Shown here: positions 22,950-35,156 of the stretch, piece by piece | Position numbering within the stretch: position 1 is the first letter of the stretch | How the letters are laid out: each line of letters starts with the position of its first letter | DNA from: an uncultured Acidobacteriota bacterium | Lineage (GTDB): Bacteria; Acidobacteriota; Blastocatellia; RBC074 | Reading direction: 5' to 3' | Assembly (NCBI GenBank): GCA_963796275.1 | Contig: CAWCKY010000007.1 | Span: 384,001-448,000 of the forward strand | DNA: 64,000 bases | Notes under the pieces: generated by a model | The model's input: only the letters and a program-made list of their open reading frames with translations | Told to the model about the DNA's origin: nothing | Database searches by the model: none | Made by a program: the position numbers and the translations under genes

Positions 22950-23017
22950 TTGACCCCCTCCTCGTATTCAGCTATGTAGTAATCTATGGCTGGCAATAGA
23001 TCACTACATAGCTGAAT
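22950..23017 (+). promoter_or_regulatory. Promoter region and long inverted repeat (candidate operator) upstream of PadR gene 2
   Basis: TTGACC at 22950; perfect 15-bp inverted repeat ATTCAGCTATGTAGT / ACTACATAGCTGAAT with inner ATCTAT/ATAGAT. Confidence 0.6.
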
Positions 23018-23044
23018 TGAATAGCCAAAAATGGGGGATAGAAC

Positions 23045-23371
23045 GTGGACTACGGGATAAAGCTCGGCTACACGACGGCGGTCATCTTGCAGGCGTTGGC
23101 CAATGGATATCAATACGGGTTCGACATAATCGACGTCACGGGGTTGCCCAGCGGTACGGTCTATCCGGCCCTGCGCAGATTCGAGGAAGCGAGGGTAGTG
23201 ACGTCACGCTGGGAGGAGGAGGATGTGGCTGAGCGCGAGCAGCGTTCGCCGCGGCGTTACTACGAGTTGACCAAAATGGGCCACGCGGCGCTGGCCGATG
23301 CGCGCAAGAGGTATCGCGCGTTGGAGAATCTCTTCGTCGGCGCGAAGAAGCCGAAACCGTCGGACGCATAG
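23045..23371 (+). CDS. PadR-family transcriptional regulator (paralog of 17871-18197)
   Basis: [32 protein letters not shown]. Confidence 0.9.
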   Translation: MDYGIKLGYTTAVILQALANGYQYGFDIIDVTGLPSGTVYPALRRFEEARVVTSRWEEEDVAEREQRSPRRYYELTKMGHAALADARKRYRALENLFVGAKKPKPSDA

Positions 23372-23395
23372 GCGAGACTGCCGCGAGAGGGAATC

Positions 23396-26141
23396 ATGCA
23401 GGATCGGAAAAGAGAACGTTCCACATCATTGGCGCAGCGCCTGATCGCCTTGATCGGCGTGATCGTGCCGCGCCGCTTCCGGACCAGATTTCGCCGGGAG
23501 TGGGAGGCGGAATTGGAATACCGGGAAGCGCTGCTGGCGAGATGGGACAGGCTCGATTTGCGCGGCAAACTTAACTTGCTGTGGCGCAGTCTGGGTGCGC
23601 TCTGGGATGCGCTCTGGTTACAACAACTGCGATGGGAGGACGAAATGATTCAGGATTTGCGTTTTGGCGTAAGAATGCTGCTCAAAAACAAAGCCTTCAC
23701 TGCGGTGGCCGCGCTCAGCCTGGCGCTCGGAATCGGGGCTAACACGGCGATCTTCAGTCTGATGGATGCGGCGCTTCTCAAAATGTTGCCAGTCAAAAAT
23801 CCCGAACAGTTGGTTTTTCTCGAAAGAGCCGGCATTACAGGAAACTTCAAACGCACGAGCGAACTCTCCCATGCATTTTTCGAGAAGTTGCGCGCGCAGC
23901 GCGAGGTGCTGTCCGGGGTCTGCACCTTTATTGGTAGCTCGCGCCTGAATGTAGTGGTGGATGGGCAGGCTGATGTCGCCGATGTGCAGGGGGTTTCCGG
24001 GGACTTTTATAAGGTGCTCGGGGTCAACGCGATGCTGGGCAGAGTTTTTACCGATGACGATGACAAAGTTCCTGGTGGACATCCGGTCGCCGTCGTCAGT
24101 TACAACTACTGGCAGCAGCGATTTGCGGGCGATCCGGCCATTGTCGGCAAGAGCATCGCGGTGAGTGGTCACCCTTTTACAATCATTGGCGTGGCGCCGC
24201 CAGATTTTTTCGGCGTCAGGGTTGGCGAATCGCCTGCTCTTTGGACGCCGATAATGATGTACGCGCAACTGAGGCCGGGCGAATCGATCGAGGAGTACTT
24301 CAAATATCCATTGTGGCACGTGCTGGCGCGCTTGAAGCCTGGGGTTACTGAACAACGGGCGAGCGCCGTGCTTTCCGGACTCTTCCAACAATCGCAGCTG
24401 GAGGAGCACGGGCCCCAACTGTCGCCGGAAAGGCTGCAGTCTCTGCGCCGGCAAAGTATTGCGCTGAAACCGGCGAGTCAGGGTTTATCGAGTTTGCGCG
24501 CGCAGTTTTCCGAACCTTTGCGCATCCTGACGGCGGTGGTCGGACTGATTCTTCTGATCGCCTGCGCCAATGTTGCCAATCTGTTGTTGGCTCGCGCGAC
24601 CGCGCGCAAGAAAGAGATTGCCGTCCGGTTGGCCCTCGGAGCCGGCCGTTTACGGCTCATCCGTCAATTGCTGACCGAGAAGCATGCTGCTTGCGCTGGC
24701 AGGCGGCGCGTTGGGACTGCTCTTCGCCTGGTGGGGCAGCGGCTTTTTATTAGCGCTGGTCGGGAGCGGTCACGACCCAGTTTTCCTCAAACTGACGCTC
24801 GACGGGCGCGTGCTCGGCTTTACCGCGGCGGTTTCCTTGCTGGCCGGCATCATTTTTGGTCTGACGCCAGCGTGGGGGGCTACGCGCGTTGACTTGACTC
24901 CCGTGCTCAAGGACAGCGGCCGCAGTTCGGGCGGCGGTTCGCGTCTGAGTTTGGGCAAAGCACTTGTAGTCGCGCAAATCACTTTGTCTTTGTTGTTGCT
25001 GATCGGCGCGGGACTCTTCGTGCGCAGTTTAGAAAAATTGAAGAGTCTGGATGCGGGACTCAATCAGGAGAACGTACTGCTCCTCTCGACCGATCCCCGG
25101 CTTATTGGATATCAGGGAAGACAGATCGCCGAGCTCTATCAGCGCATGCTCGAACGGATCAAAGCAATTCCCGGCGTGCGCTCTGCGAGCTTTTCACGTC
25201 AGGGACTGTTGAGTGGACGCGGGTCCATGGCGGGGGGCAGTGTTTATGTGCGGGGGCACCAAGCGCGCCAGCATGAGAACACGCTCAAGGGAGCGCCTTC
25301 CAATACTACGCCGATCTGCGAAGCAGGACCGGAATATTTTGAAACCGTGGGGATGACGATTCTGCGCGGGCGAGGTTTTACCGCGCAGGATAACCGGAAT
25401 GCGCCGCCTGTAGCCGTCGTCAACGAGACATTCGCGAGCCACTACTTTGGCGGCGAAGACCCGCTGGGCCAGCGCTTCAGTTTTGGCCCGAATAACTATG
25501 AAATCGAAATCATCGGCGTCGTCAAGGACGCGAAGTACGATAACTTGCGCGAACAGGCGCTGCCCACGTATTACACTTCCTATCTTCAATATTCCGCTGA
25601 GCGTGAGACGACCTTTCAAATCCGCACTGCGGCCGATCCGATCAGCGTCATCGCGACCGTTCGGCAAGCGGTACAAGAGATTGATGCCAACCTGCCCCTC
25701 TATAACATCAAAACGCTGGCCATGCAGATCGATGAGTCTCTTGTACAGGAGCGTCTGATCGGCACGCTCTCCAGCTTCTTCGGCCTGCTCTCATTGTTGC
25801 TGGCTGCCGTCGGTCTGTACGGGGTCATAGCTTATGCCGTGAGTCAGCGGACGCGTGAGATCGGAATCCGCATGGCGCTTGGCGCGGAGCGGCGCGCCGT
25901 CTTGAGAATGGTATTGCGCCAAGGAATGAAGATGGTTTTGCTTGGGGTCGGTCTCGGCCTCGCCGTGTCGCTCGCGGTTACGCGCATCATCGCCAGCCAA
26001 CTCTTCGGCATAACGGCTACTGATCCGGTGACTTTCATCGGCGCGCCATTATTATTGCTGATGGTGGCGCTGTTGGCTTGCTTCGTACCTGCTCGGAGGG
26101 CCACCAAAGTGGATCCGCTGGTCGCGCTTCGTCACGAATGA
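23396..26141 (+). CDS. ADOP-family duplicated permease with N-terminal extension, split by a +1 frameshift at ~24681
   Basis: ORFs 23396-24892 and 24684-26141 join at [16 protein letters not shown] (ctgaccgagaagcatg has one extra A); ends [17 protein letters not shown]. Confidence 0.85.
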
Positions 26142-26155
26142 AGGGCAACAAACCG

Positions 26156-28909
26156 ATGGCTGATTCGACAAACACAACCAGGTTTCGTTTTTGGCGCTGG
26201 CTGATCCGATTCATCGGGGTGATCGTGCCGCGCCGCTTCCGCGCCCGCTTTCGCCAGGAGTGGGAAGCGGAGCTGGAATATCGCGAAGAGCTGCTGGCCA
26301 GATGGGACCGGCTCGATTGACGAAGCAAACTTGAATTGCTGTGGCGGAGTCTGGGGGCGTTCTGGGATGCGATCTGGCTGCAGCAACTGCGATGGGAAGA
26401 TGAAATGATTCAAGACTTGCGTTTTGGAGTGCGAATGCTGTTCAAGCACAAAGGCTTCACTGCCATAGCTGTGCTGACGTTGGCGCTCGGAATAGGCGCA
26501 AACACCGCAATTTTCAGTGTCGTAAACGCGCTGATGCTGCGTCCGTTGCCTGTTAAGGACCCGGACGAATTGGTGCTGATAGCCAGTGTCAACGGCACCG
26601 GCCCTGAAAACAGGTTCTCCTATCCCTTGTACGAACAGCTTCGCGCCGGCAGCCATTATTTCTCCGGATTCTTCGCCGCCTCGAATGTCTCCAAGCGTTA
26701 TCTGAAGGCCAGCGGAGCAGAGGCGGAGCTTATTCGCACCCAGGAGGTAACGGGCAACTTTTTCTCGCTGCTCGGTGTCTCGGCCACGCTCGGTCGAACG
26801 ATCGCGCCCGAGGATGATCGGCCCGGCAGTCCGCAACGGGTCGCGGTTATTAGCTACAGCTTCTGGCATCGACGGTTTGGCGCTGATCCGGCAGTGGTCG
26901 GAAAGACTATCATCGTTGAAGAGAATGTCCCGTTGACCATCGTCGGTGTCGCCCCACCCAGTTTCTTTGGTGTTGAACCGGGTCAGCATCCGGACCTCTG
27001 GTGGCCATTGCAGACGATCTTGCAGGCCGTTCCAGACCAATCGAGACAGGTACTAAATCAAGATGGAAACTGGTGGTTGCACTTGATGGGGCGCCTGCCT
27101 GCCGGCGTGAACCGAGCTCAGGTGCGGGCAGAGCTCGACGTGATCTTTCAGCGCCACTGGGCAGAGTTCATTAAGCCGAAGGCGTCCTACTGGGACGAGA
27201 AATTACGCCAAGCCCTCTCTGATCGAAAGCTCGAATTGCAGCCGGGGGCTGCCGGATATACCGGACTGCGGGACCAGTTCCGCCAGTCGCTCATTCTCTT
27301 GATGGTAGCGGTCGGGCTGGTGTTGTTGATCGCGTGCGCGAATGTCGCCAGTCTAATGCTCGCGCGCGCCGCTGCACGGCGACGGGAGTTCACTGTGCGG
27401 AGCGCCCTGGGCGCTGGACGCCTTCGGCTTGTGCGACAGCTGTTGACCGAAAGCATGCTGCTCGCGGCGCTCGGGGGCTCGCTGGGGATAGTATTGGCTC
27501 AATGTGGAACGCAGGCGTTGCTGACCTTTATGCGGCTGCAGGCCGATCCCATCGCCTTTAACGTGGCGCCCGATGCACGTGTGTTGTCATTCACTCTTGC
27601 GGCGTCGCTGATGACCGGGCTGCTCTTCGGTTTGGCGCCTACGATACATAGCAGCCGGCTCGATCTAACTTCAGCGCTCAAAGGAGCGACAGGTAGTGTC
27701 GCTGGAAACGCAATGGGGCAAAGACTCAACCAGGCGCTGGTCGTAACGCAGGTGGCGTTCTCTGTGATACTGCTCGTCTGCGCCGGATTGTTTGTCCGCA
27801 CGTTACAGAAACTCAGAGCATCAGACGCCGGGTTCGACCGCGAGAACGTTGTTGTGTTCGACCTTGATTTTACCCGGAGAGTCGATGCCGCACGCCGCGC
27901 AACACTATATAAAGATCTATCGGTGCGGCTGGAGACTCTGCCCGGTGTCCGCGCGACTGGAATGTCCTCATCCTTCGTTCTAGGAGACGCATTCGAACGG
28001 CATATGGTTCGCGTGGAAGGCGACCAGGAACGTCCAGGCGAAGACCACTGCAACGAATTCATGATCAGCTCCCGGTTCTTCGAGACGACCGGAACTACTC
28101 TCTTGAATGGCCGTAGCTTCGGGGCGGAAGATGAAAGACCTGCCGAATTGTCGAAAGCTGATGCTCCGGTTGCAGCTGTGATCAACCAGGCGATGGCCCG
28201 GCGTTACTTCGGCGATGCCAACCCGCTGGGCCGCCATTTCTATTGCAGGTATGAGCCGGAGTTGAAGTTCGAGATTGTGGGAGTGGTGAAGGACGTAAGA
28301 TACAAGTCTCTTCGTAGTCAGTCGTCGCCGGCCTACTACAAACCTTTCTTCCAGGACCAGAAGCACAATATGGAGATGACCTTCGCGATACGGACGATGA
28401 GCGATTCCGGAGCGCTGGTCGCGAGCCTCCGTCGCATCGCTCGAGAGATTGATCCAACCATACAGGTGCGAGACGTACGCAGCCTCACTGATGTGGTGAA
28501 TACTTCGTTGCACAAGGAGCGGGTCGTCGCGCAGCTTGGCGGCTTTTTCAGCCTCTTCGCGCTGGCGCTCGCGTGCCTGGGGCTCTACGGCGTGTTGTCA
28601 TTTGCCGTGGTTCAACGCACTCGCGAGCTCGGTGTGCGCATCGCTCTCGGCGCGCATAGGGGAGATGTGCTGGCCCTCGTGATAAACCAGGGATTGAAGC
28701 TGTCTGTGCTGGGATTGGCGCTTGGCCTCGTTGCGGCGCTGGTGATGACGCGCTTCATTGAAAGCCTGCTCTATGGCGTGACAGCGACCGACCCGGTGGT
28801 GTTCGTTGGTGTTTCTTCGCTGCTGCTGGTGGTTGCGGTGCTGGCGAGCTGGCTGCCGGCGCGCCGCGCCACGAAGCTTGATCCGATGACTGTGCTCCGA
28901 CACGACTGA
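26156..28909 (+). CDS. ADOP-family duplicated permease; in-frame TGA at 26318 in the N-terminal extension, intact core from ATG 26405
   Basis: [28 protein letters not shown]...[14 protein letters not shown] is in frame with MIQDLRFG...[17 protein letters not shown]. Confidence 0.85.
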
Positions 28910-28914
28910 AGCAA

Positions 28915-28992
28915 ATGGCCGGCTCTACACAACCAACACAATTTCGGTTCTGGCGCTGGCTGATTCGGTTTATCGGCGTGGTCGTGCCGCCT
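28915..28992 (+). pseudogene. Truncated start of a further ADOP permease
   Basis: [25 protein letters not shown] is near-identical to the N-terminus at 26156, then similarity stops. Confidence 0.7.
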
Positions 28993-29071
28993 ATATTCCG
29001 GCACGCCGCGCCGCGCGCGTGGATCCATTGGCGGCGCTCAGGTACGAGTAGGGCGGGGAACCCGGTGGTCA

Positions 29072-30301
29072 TTATTCAGCTGATCGCCGAGACACCACCT
29101 CGACCGCATAAACGTGTTTCGGTCCGTGCATATTCGAGCGGAAAACGATCCACTTCATGTCGGGCGTGAATGTCACGTTCGGTTCCAGGCTGTAATCATG
29201 GTTGGCTAGATTGACCAGCTTCTCGACCTTGAGCGCGCCGTTCTGCGGTTTGAAGAGATATATCCACTGACCGTTGCCGGGGGCGGCGACGCTGCGCGGC
29301 CCGCCGCCGTCTCCTGCGAAAAGCTTATCGTTCGGCGCGGCGTTGAAGTGCACCGACCAGTGCTCGCGCTCGACTTTGTAACGAATCTTCTCGCCCGTGG
29401 CCAGGACCATGCCCGCCAGCCAGAACACCTTGCTCTTCGGGGTCTGCAGATCGTACCAGATGGTGCGGCCGTCGGCGCTGAAGAATTCGTGGCCGGCGAT
29501 CTCCATATCCATCGTGCGCGTGTGAATCTTGCGCAGCCCCGTGTTATCGGTGCGAATCGTCCAGATGCGATCGACTTTGTGCCAGGGACCCTCGTGGCAG
29601 AACATGAGCAGCCCCGGATCGACCGGCGAAAACTGAATGTGGTTGAGCCAGTCGGTCGCGTGATGAAACGTCTTCACCTCGCCGCTCTTGATATTGATCG
29701 TATAAAGAGCCATCGGCAGCCGTGCCGCCAGCCTCCGTTCCATCATCTCGCCCTTCCCCGGATAGCTGTCGGCGCGCCCGCCCGGAGTGGCGCTCGCCGG
29801 CGGAGGTGGAGCGTTTTCGACGCGGCCCTGGATAAAGCTGCCGGCCAGCAGCGTCTCGTCCGCATTGACCGCGAACCCCGAACCGGTGCGCAATTCCGGT
29901 CTATTCACGATGGCTCGGGTCTCGCGAGTATCGAGGTGTGTGACATAAGCTGTCCCGTCCTTGAGGTAGAAGACCTGCCGAGTCTTTCTCCCGACGACCA
30001 GGTGGCTGGCGCGGCCTTCGACTACCTGTTCGACCTTGCGCGTCTTGAGGTCAATCGTGGAGATGCCGCCGGGCGTCGTGATCACCATCTTGTCGCCCTC
30101 AGCCGTGTAGGGGTTCTGGTGAAAGTAGAGGCTGGCGCTGCCAGGTTCGCGAGTGAGGCGAATTACGCGGTGACCGGTCGCCGGATCGACCCATTCGATA
30201 GGCGGCTCCTTTTCAACCTGCTTTGGTTGGTCTGCGTTCTGCCCCCAGACGGCAGCGGCGAGAAGCAGCGTGATACTCAGGCCTCGAGCGATAGAAATCA
30301 T
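29072..30301 (-). CDS. Oligogalacturonate lyase family protein (secreted beta-propeller)
   Basis: Signal peptide; SLYFHQN, WLNHIQFSP, FCHEGPWHKVDRIW, GHEFF, WSVHFN, LEPNVTFTPD, FRSNMHG. Confidence 0.88.
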   Translation of the reverse strand: MISIARGLSITLLLAAAVWGQNADQPKQVEKEPPIEWVDPATGHRVIRLTREPGSASLYFHQNPYTAEGDKMVITTPGGISTIDLKTRKVEQVVEGRASHLVVGRKTRQVFYLKDGTAYVTHLDTRETRAIVNRPELRTGSGFAVNADETLLAGSFIQGRVENAPPPPASATPGGRADSYPGKGEMMERRLAARLPMALYTINIKSGEVKTFHHATDWLNHIQFSPVDPGLLMFCHEGPWHKVDRIWTIRTDNTGLRKIHTRTMDMEIAGHEFFSADGRTIWYDLQTPKSKVFWLAGMVLATGEKIRYKVEREHWSVHFNAAPNDKLFAGDGGGPRSVAAPGNGQWIYLFKPQNGALKVEKLVNLANHDYSLEPNVTFTPDMKWIVFRSNMHGPKHVYAVEVVSRRSAE

Positions 30302-30353
30302 GTCATTCCTCCTGATCCGACATTTAATCGTGGAATATTTTTCCCCAGATTTA

Positions 30354-30450
30354 AGAGAAAATCAGTACCGCGAGCGGTAGCGAGCGAGTTTCCTTCAACG
30401 ACCGCTTGAGAGAGACTCGCTCGCTACCGCTCGCGGTACTGATTCTCTCT
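30354..30450. repeat. REP-like long palindrome
   Basis: ATCAGTACCGCGAGCGGTAGCGAGCGAGT ... ACTCGCTCGCTACCGCTCGCGGTACTGAT, perfect 29-bp arms. Confidence 0.8.
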
Positions 30451-30479
30451 TATTCCCCCGGTGCTGTAAATTTCCGACC

Positions 30480-33160
30480 TCAGAAACTCAACTTCAGCGC
30501 GAACTGTAGCACCCTGGTGTCTCTGGTCGCTGTCACCTTACCGAAATTGTCCAAGGTGGGGTTTACTCTGGTCGTGTTGGTATTGATTGTTGTGACAAAA
30601 CCTGTGAAGACCGGGCGATTGAAGACGTTGAATGCTTCGGACCTGAACTGCAGCTTGACCCCTTCCTTGAGCGTGAAGTTCTTATAGAGCGCCAGATCCC
30701 ATTTGTTGACGCTCGGTCCGCGCATACTGTTGCGCCCCATAGATCCGAATGTCCCGCTTCTGGGGCGCCGGAAAGCGAGAATATTGAAGAATTGATCCGC
30801 GGTGCCCGGCCCTTCCGTATTGTAGATGACGTCGGGACGCTGATTTTGAACGGGCCCTACGCCTGCGACATCATCGTTCATAACTACGTCGAACGGGGTT
30901 CCCGACCACAAGCGCCCGATTCCCGAGAACTGCCATCCGTTAAGTAAACCGCCGGCGAATCCTCCGCCGACCAATTTCGGCAGGTACCAGATGAAGTTGG
31001 TCGTGAAGATATGCGTACGATCGAAATCTGATCGCCCGCGTTCCATCCTCGCATCTAAGCCGTTGGGCGGTACGTCCGTCGCATTGCGTTCGCTCGAAGA
31101 ATTGTCGATCGACTTCGAGTAGGTATATGCAACGCCCAGATTCACATTGTCCTTCAGTCTTTGATCGAACTTGGTTTGCAGCGAATGATAATTGCTAGAA
31201 GCCGAGCTCTGCCTTTGCGTTATGTTGCCCCAACCCAGATAAGGCCGCATTGAATTGAGCAGATTTGCGTTTGTAACCAGCGCGAGATTGGGTGCGGGCG
31301 TGTTTATATTCAGTGGTCTCATCAGGTGCGACCCCGATGAGCCGACATAGCTGACGTTCAGAATCGTAGAGTTTCTGAGCTCATGCTGGATGCCCAGACT
31401 CCACTGATTGATGGTCGCCGCCTTCATATTCATATCCAGCGCAGTCAAATTGGGCGATGCCAGACCTTCGACCCCGTCTCCCGGATTGGCCATAGTGGGA
31501 GTGTTAATAGTCACCGATCTCGAATTAGGGAGGTTGTCGAATGAACTGTTGATGTATGTCCCGATCAATGGCCGCGAATAATAGATGCCGTATCCTGCGC
31601 GAACTACCCACTTTCTGGCTCCGAACGGTACCCAGGCGAAGCCTATGCGCGGCCCCCACAGATCGGTGTTGTCTTTCGTCACTCTATCGCCATAAGGAGA
31701 ATTGTTCCCGGCGATGATGACGCCGTTCAACAGATCTCCGGTTCCTGTCGCGATGCGGCCGTTTGTCCTGCTCACTTGCGGAGCTTTCGCTGGGTCCCAT
31801 GCCGAAGGCATAAAATTGGTCGCTACATTATCGATATCCCACGGATTGAAATATGCGGCGTAGCGCAAACCTATGTTGATCGTGAAATTCGGGGTGGCCT
31901 TAAAATCATCCTGTGCGAAGGCTTCAAAGGCTGCGAACCTGGTATGCGCAACGACAGTATGTTCCGCTTCCGCATAGGTATTCACAAGGCCTAAAAGCAT
32001 ATCAGTTTCAACGCATTCGAGTCCATGCGATCTTGCGGGATGATTCCGTCCGGGAATCCCCTTCCTGTCATCGGATCGATCACTGGATCGTCGGTGGTTC
32101 CGAACATCCGGTCATTTCCCGCTCCGAGAGCACGGAAATCGCCACGTCTCTCCGCATCGGTCGGCACCCTCGTATTGACGGCACCGGCGCGCGAACTGAT
32201 GCGATTGAACTCTTGTGTGAAGAAGAAGAACGTCTTGTCGCGTCCGCGATTGTATCCGCCCGGCAACAGTACCGGTCCGCTGAAGTTGTATCCGAAATTG
32301 TTCAGCTTCAGCGGCAACGTTTGATGGGTGAGATAATCTTTGGCGTCGAGCGCGTCATTACGAAAAAATTCATAAACCGAGCCGTGAAATTGCTGGCCGC
32401 CGCCTTTGGTCACGACGTTGACCTGTGAAGCGCCGCTTCGCCCGTACTCCGCGGCGAAAGTCGAGGTGATGACCTTCACCTCGGCGATCGTATCGATCGA
32501 AGTGAAGGTGTTGAGCGAACTGCTACCCACGATAACATCGGAATTGTTGCCGCCGTCTATGTTGAAGCTCGACGAAGTGCTGCGTGCTCCGTTGACGTAG
32601 AGATCGGGATTGGTATTTGGGTCTGCGCGATCGGGCATATTCGAAGCGATTCCTGGAAGCAGTTCCAGCAAACTCATAAACGAGCGCCCATTCAATTGCA
32701 ACTCCTGTATCTGCTCTCCCGATATGAGACCGCTCTGTTCCGAGGTCTCGGTGCTCAGCTGCAACCCGTTCCCGACTACAGTTACCTCCTCCGCTGCTTC
32801 GCCGATGTCCATCTTTATTTCCAGCCCGAGGTGATCGCTGATGTGCAGCTCGACCTCCTTGATCAAAGCTTTCTTGAATCCCCTCGCCGTCGCCGTTATC
32901 TCATAATTACCTATCGGCAGAGAGGAAAAAGCATACGATCCTTCGCCGTCGCTGGTGGTTTTGCGGACGTCGCCGGTAGCCGCATGTTTCGCGGTCACCT
33001 CCGCTCCCGCTATCGCAGATCCGTTCGGATCTTTCACGACCCCGCGGACGCTGCCGGTAATTACCTGCGCACGTGCCGCCCCCGATATAAAGGATATAAA
33101 TGTAAGGATTGTCGCCGTTGAAATGGCGAATTTAAGCAAGCCGAGACTGTAACGGGTCAA
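30480..33160 (-). pseudogene. Oar-like TonB-dependent receptor (carboxypeptidase-regulatory N-domain), frameshifted with an apparent internal deletion at ~32000
   Basis: N-part: signal, GSVRGVVKDPNG, LNGRSF, TFAAEYG, FHGSVYEFFRND. C-part ends LQFALKLSF. The junction NALKLI/DMLLG lacks the segment present in the paralog at 37062. Confidence 0.8.
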
Positions 33161-33370
33161 GCTTTCCTCCGGTCAGGATAGACAGATATCCCTGCAGGTT
33201 ATATTTTTTGGTAAACCTAACTGCTAAATGTAGGTAAAAAATGTTCTATTTGAACTATTATTCAGTAGATGTGCTTAGTGCGAGGATTCTATAACATCGG
33301 GTTAGCCTCAGTGTCAAATTAAATTCATGATAACTCATTTTCAGTCGTTGCGTGCTACAAATTTACCGCA

Positions 33371-33411
33371 GAGCATTTTGGAGTGCGCCACTTGGCGCAC
33401 TCCAAATGCTC
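33371..33411. repeat. REP-like palindrome
   Basis: GAGCATTTTGGAGTGCGCCA-CT-TGGCGCACTCCAAATGCTC. Confidence 0.65.
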
Positions 33412-33705
33412 CGCTATACAAGATATGTCGCCCATATCGCTGCGCGGATCGGCAACAAAACGGTATTGTATCGACCTGCTTTGGTAGAATGTCTACGGTG
33501 GCGGGATAGGTGGTTTACTGGGATTTCCGCTGCCTGACGTAGTTCAATGTCTCTTGGGCCGATTTATCCTGTTTGATCGCGAGATTTCGGAGAGCGTATT
33601 TCGGGCTCTCCAGATTACTGACGGCAGTGGCGTTTGCTGACCTGTTATTTCCTGCACGCGGCTCGCTCGTGAATATCCCTTATCCGCGCGAGGTATGAGT
33701 AACTA

Positions 33706-35121
33706 ATGCCATCGAAAATTGGAAACTCATTTGCTAGAGTATCGGTCATGCTGAACCGGCTACTGAGCTTGTGGGTTCTGTTTTGTCTCCCGCCATCGTG
33801 GGGAATTGCCGCGCAGCCGCTATCGCATTCCGTCTACGTACAGATCATCACAGTGAAGACGCCCGAGAAGCTAGATCACGTGATGGCGCAATTAGAGGCG
33901 GGACAAGTTTTCGCCGAATTGGCGCAAAAACATTCGGCCCATTCGACCGCCGAGAACGGCGGCGTCTGGGGCCCTGTTCGTTTGCATGACCTGCCCGAAG
34001 CGGTGAGCTCGCGCATCGAAAAAGCGGCAGAAGGCAAGTTGCTTAGCTTCTCCGATCCAGAGCTCGGCCACGCCATTATCAAAAAGATAAGCTCCGATGC
34101 GGCGCGCAATATCGCATTCCAATTCGCGTTCAAGCGCGGGGCGGCGCACCTTCAGAGAAACGAAAGAGGACCCGCGCTGAAAGAGATGAAAAAAGCGGTC
34201 GCGCTCGATCCGCGATCTGCCTCCGCTCATCAGCTTCTCGGGCAGGCTTATACGTTGCAAGGCTCATACGAATTACTCAGCGAAGCGCGGGCAGAATTCA
34301 TCCAGGCCATCGCCCTTGACCCGAATCTGATCTGGGCCAGGTTCTATCTCGCCCGCATCTATCTCGATCTGAATCAGCCGCGGAAGGCCAGGGAACAGTT
34401 GGAAGCTGCATTGATAATTCGCCCGAATGTCCCCCACCTGCTCTCATTGTTGGGCGAGGCGCATCGCCAGCTCGGCAGCCCTGATCTCGCCATCGATCAC
34501 AACAGGAAGGCTCTGGCCGCCGATCCATCGTTCTTTATCGCCCATTACTATCTCGGCCTCGCTTACCTTGACTTGAAAGATGACGGCGAGGCGATCCGCG
34601 AACTGGAGGAATCGGCGAAGCCCGGTTATCCGGCGGCCGAGATCTACTTAACCCTCGGTAAGGTCTATCTTCATAAAGGCCGGATGGAACGCGCCCTGGA
34701 GCTATTTCAAAAGACGGTGGCAGCCGCGCCCAACCAGCCCGAGGCGCATTTGCGATTGGCTCAGGCGTACCGGTTGAAGCGGCAACCGGAAATGGCGTTG
34801 AAGGAGCTGTCGCTCGCCGTTCCGGAAGGGCAGAGGCTCTTGAGCAACGCGTATTACCAGCAATTGCAGGCCGAGGTCTTCTTCGAACGCGGCCTCATCC
34901 AGCAGGAGAGGAGAGCATTCACCCAAGCCTTCGAAGCCTATCGGTCCGCGCTCGACCTTAACCCACTCCACGGTCCAACTCATCGCCAGATGGCGGAAGT
35001 GTTATTGCAACAGGGGCAGTATGATCGCGCCGCGGAGCACGCCGCAAAAGCGGAAGAGTTGAAATCTCCGGTCGATCCAGCCCTGCTCGAAAAACTCAAA
35101 GCGAAAAAACGCCCCGATTAA
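33706..35121 (+). CDS. Secreted tetratricopeptide-repeat protein with N-terminal parvulin (PpiC-like) domain
   Basis: FAELAQKHS..TAENGGVWG parvulin motif followed by multiple TPRs; start could be 33748. Confidence 0.82.
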   Translation: MPSKIGNSFARVSVMLNRLLSLWVLFCLPPSWGIAAQPLSHSVYVQIITVKTPEKLDHVMAQLEAGQVFAELAQKHSAHSTAENGGVWGPVRLHDLPEAVSSRIEKAAEGKLLSFSDPELGHAIIKKISSDAARNIAFQFAFKRGAAHLQRNERGPALKEMKKAVALDPRSASAHQLLGQAYTLQGSYELLSEARAEFIQAIALDPNLIWARFYLARIYLDLNQPRKAREQLEAALIIRPNVPHLLSLLGEAHRQLGSPDLAIDHNRKALAADPSFFIAHYYLGLAYLDLKDDGEAIRELEESAKPGYPAAEIYLTLGKVYLHKGRMERALELFQKTVAAAPNQPEAHLRLAQAYRLKRQPEMALKELSLAVPEGQRLLSNAYYQQLQAEVFFERGLIQQERRAFTQAFEAYRSALDLNPLHGPTHRQMAEVLLQQGQYDRAAEHAAKAEELKSPVDPALLEKLKAKKRPD

Positions 35122-35156
35122 GAAAAAAGCATCTGCCTCGCCGGCCCAAGGTTTTT

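Noticed and set aside
26318-26320. In-frame TGA as selenocysteine or programmed readthrough
   Set aside because: The position is not a Cys/redox site (Leu in the paralog), no SECIS-like hairpin is evident, and a point mutation or error is simpler
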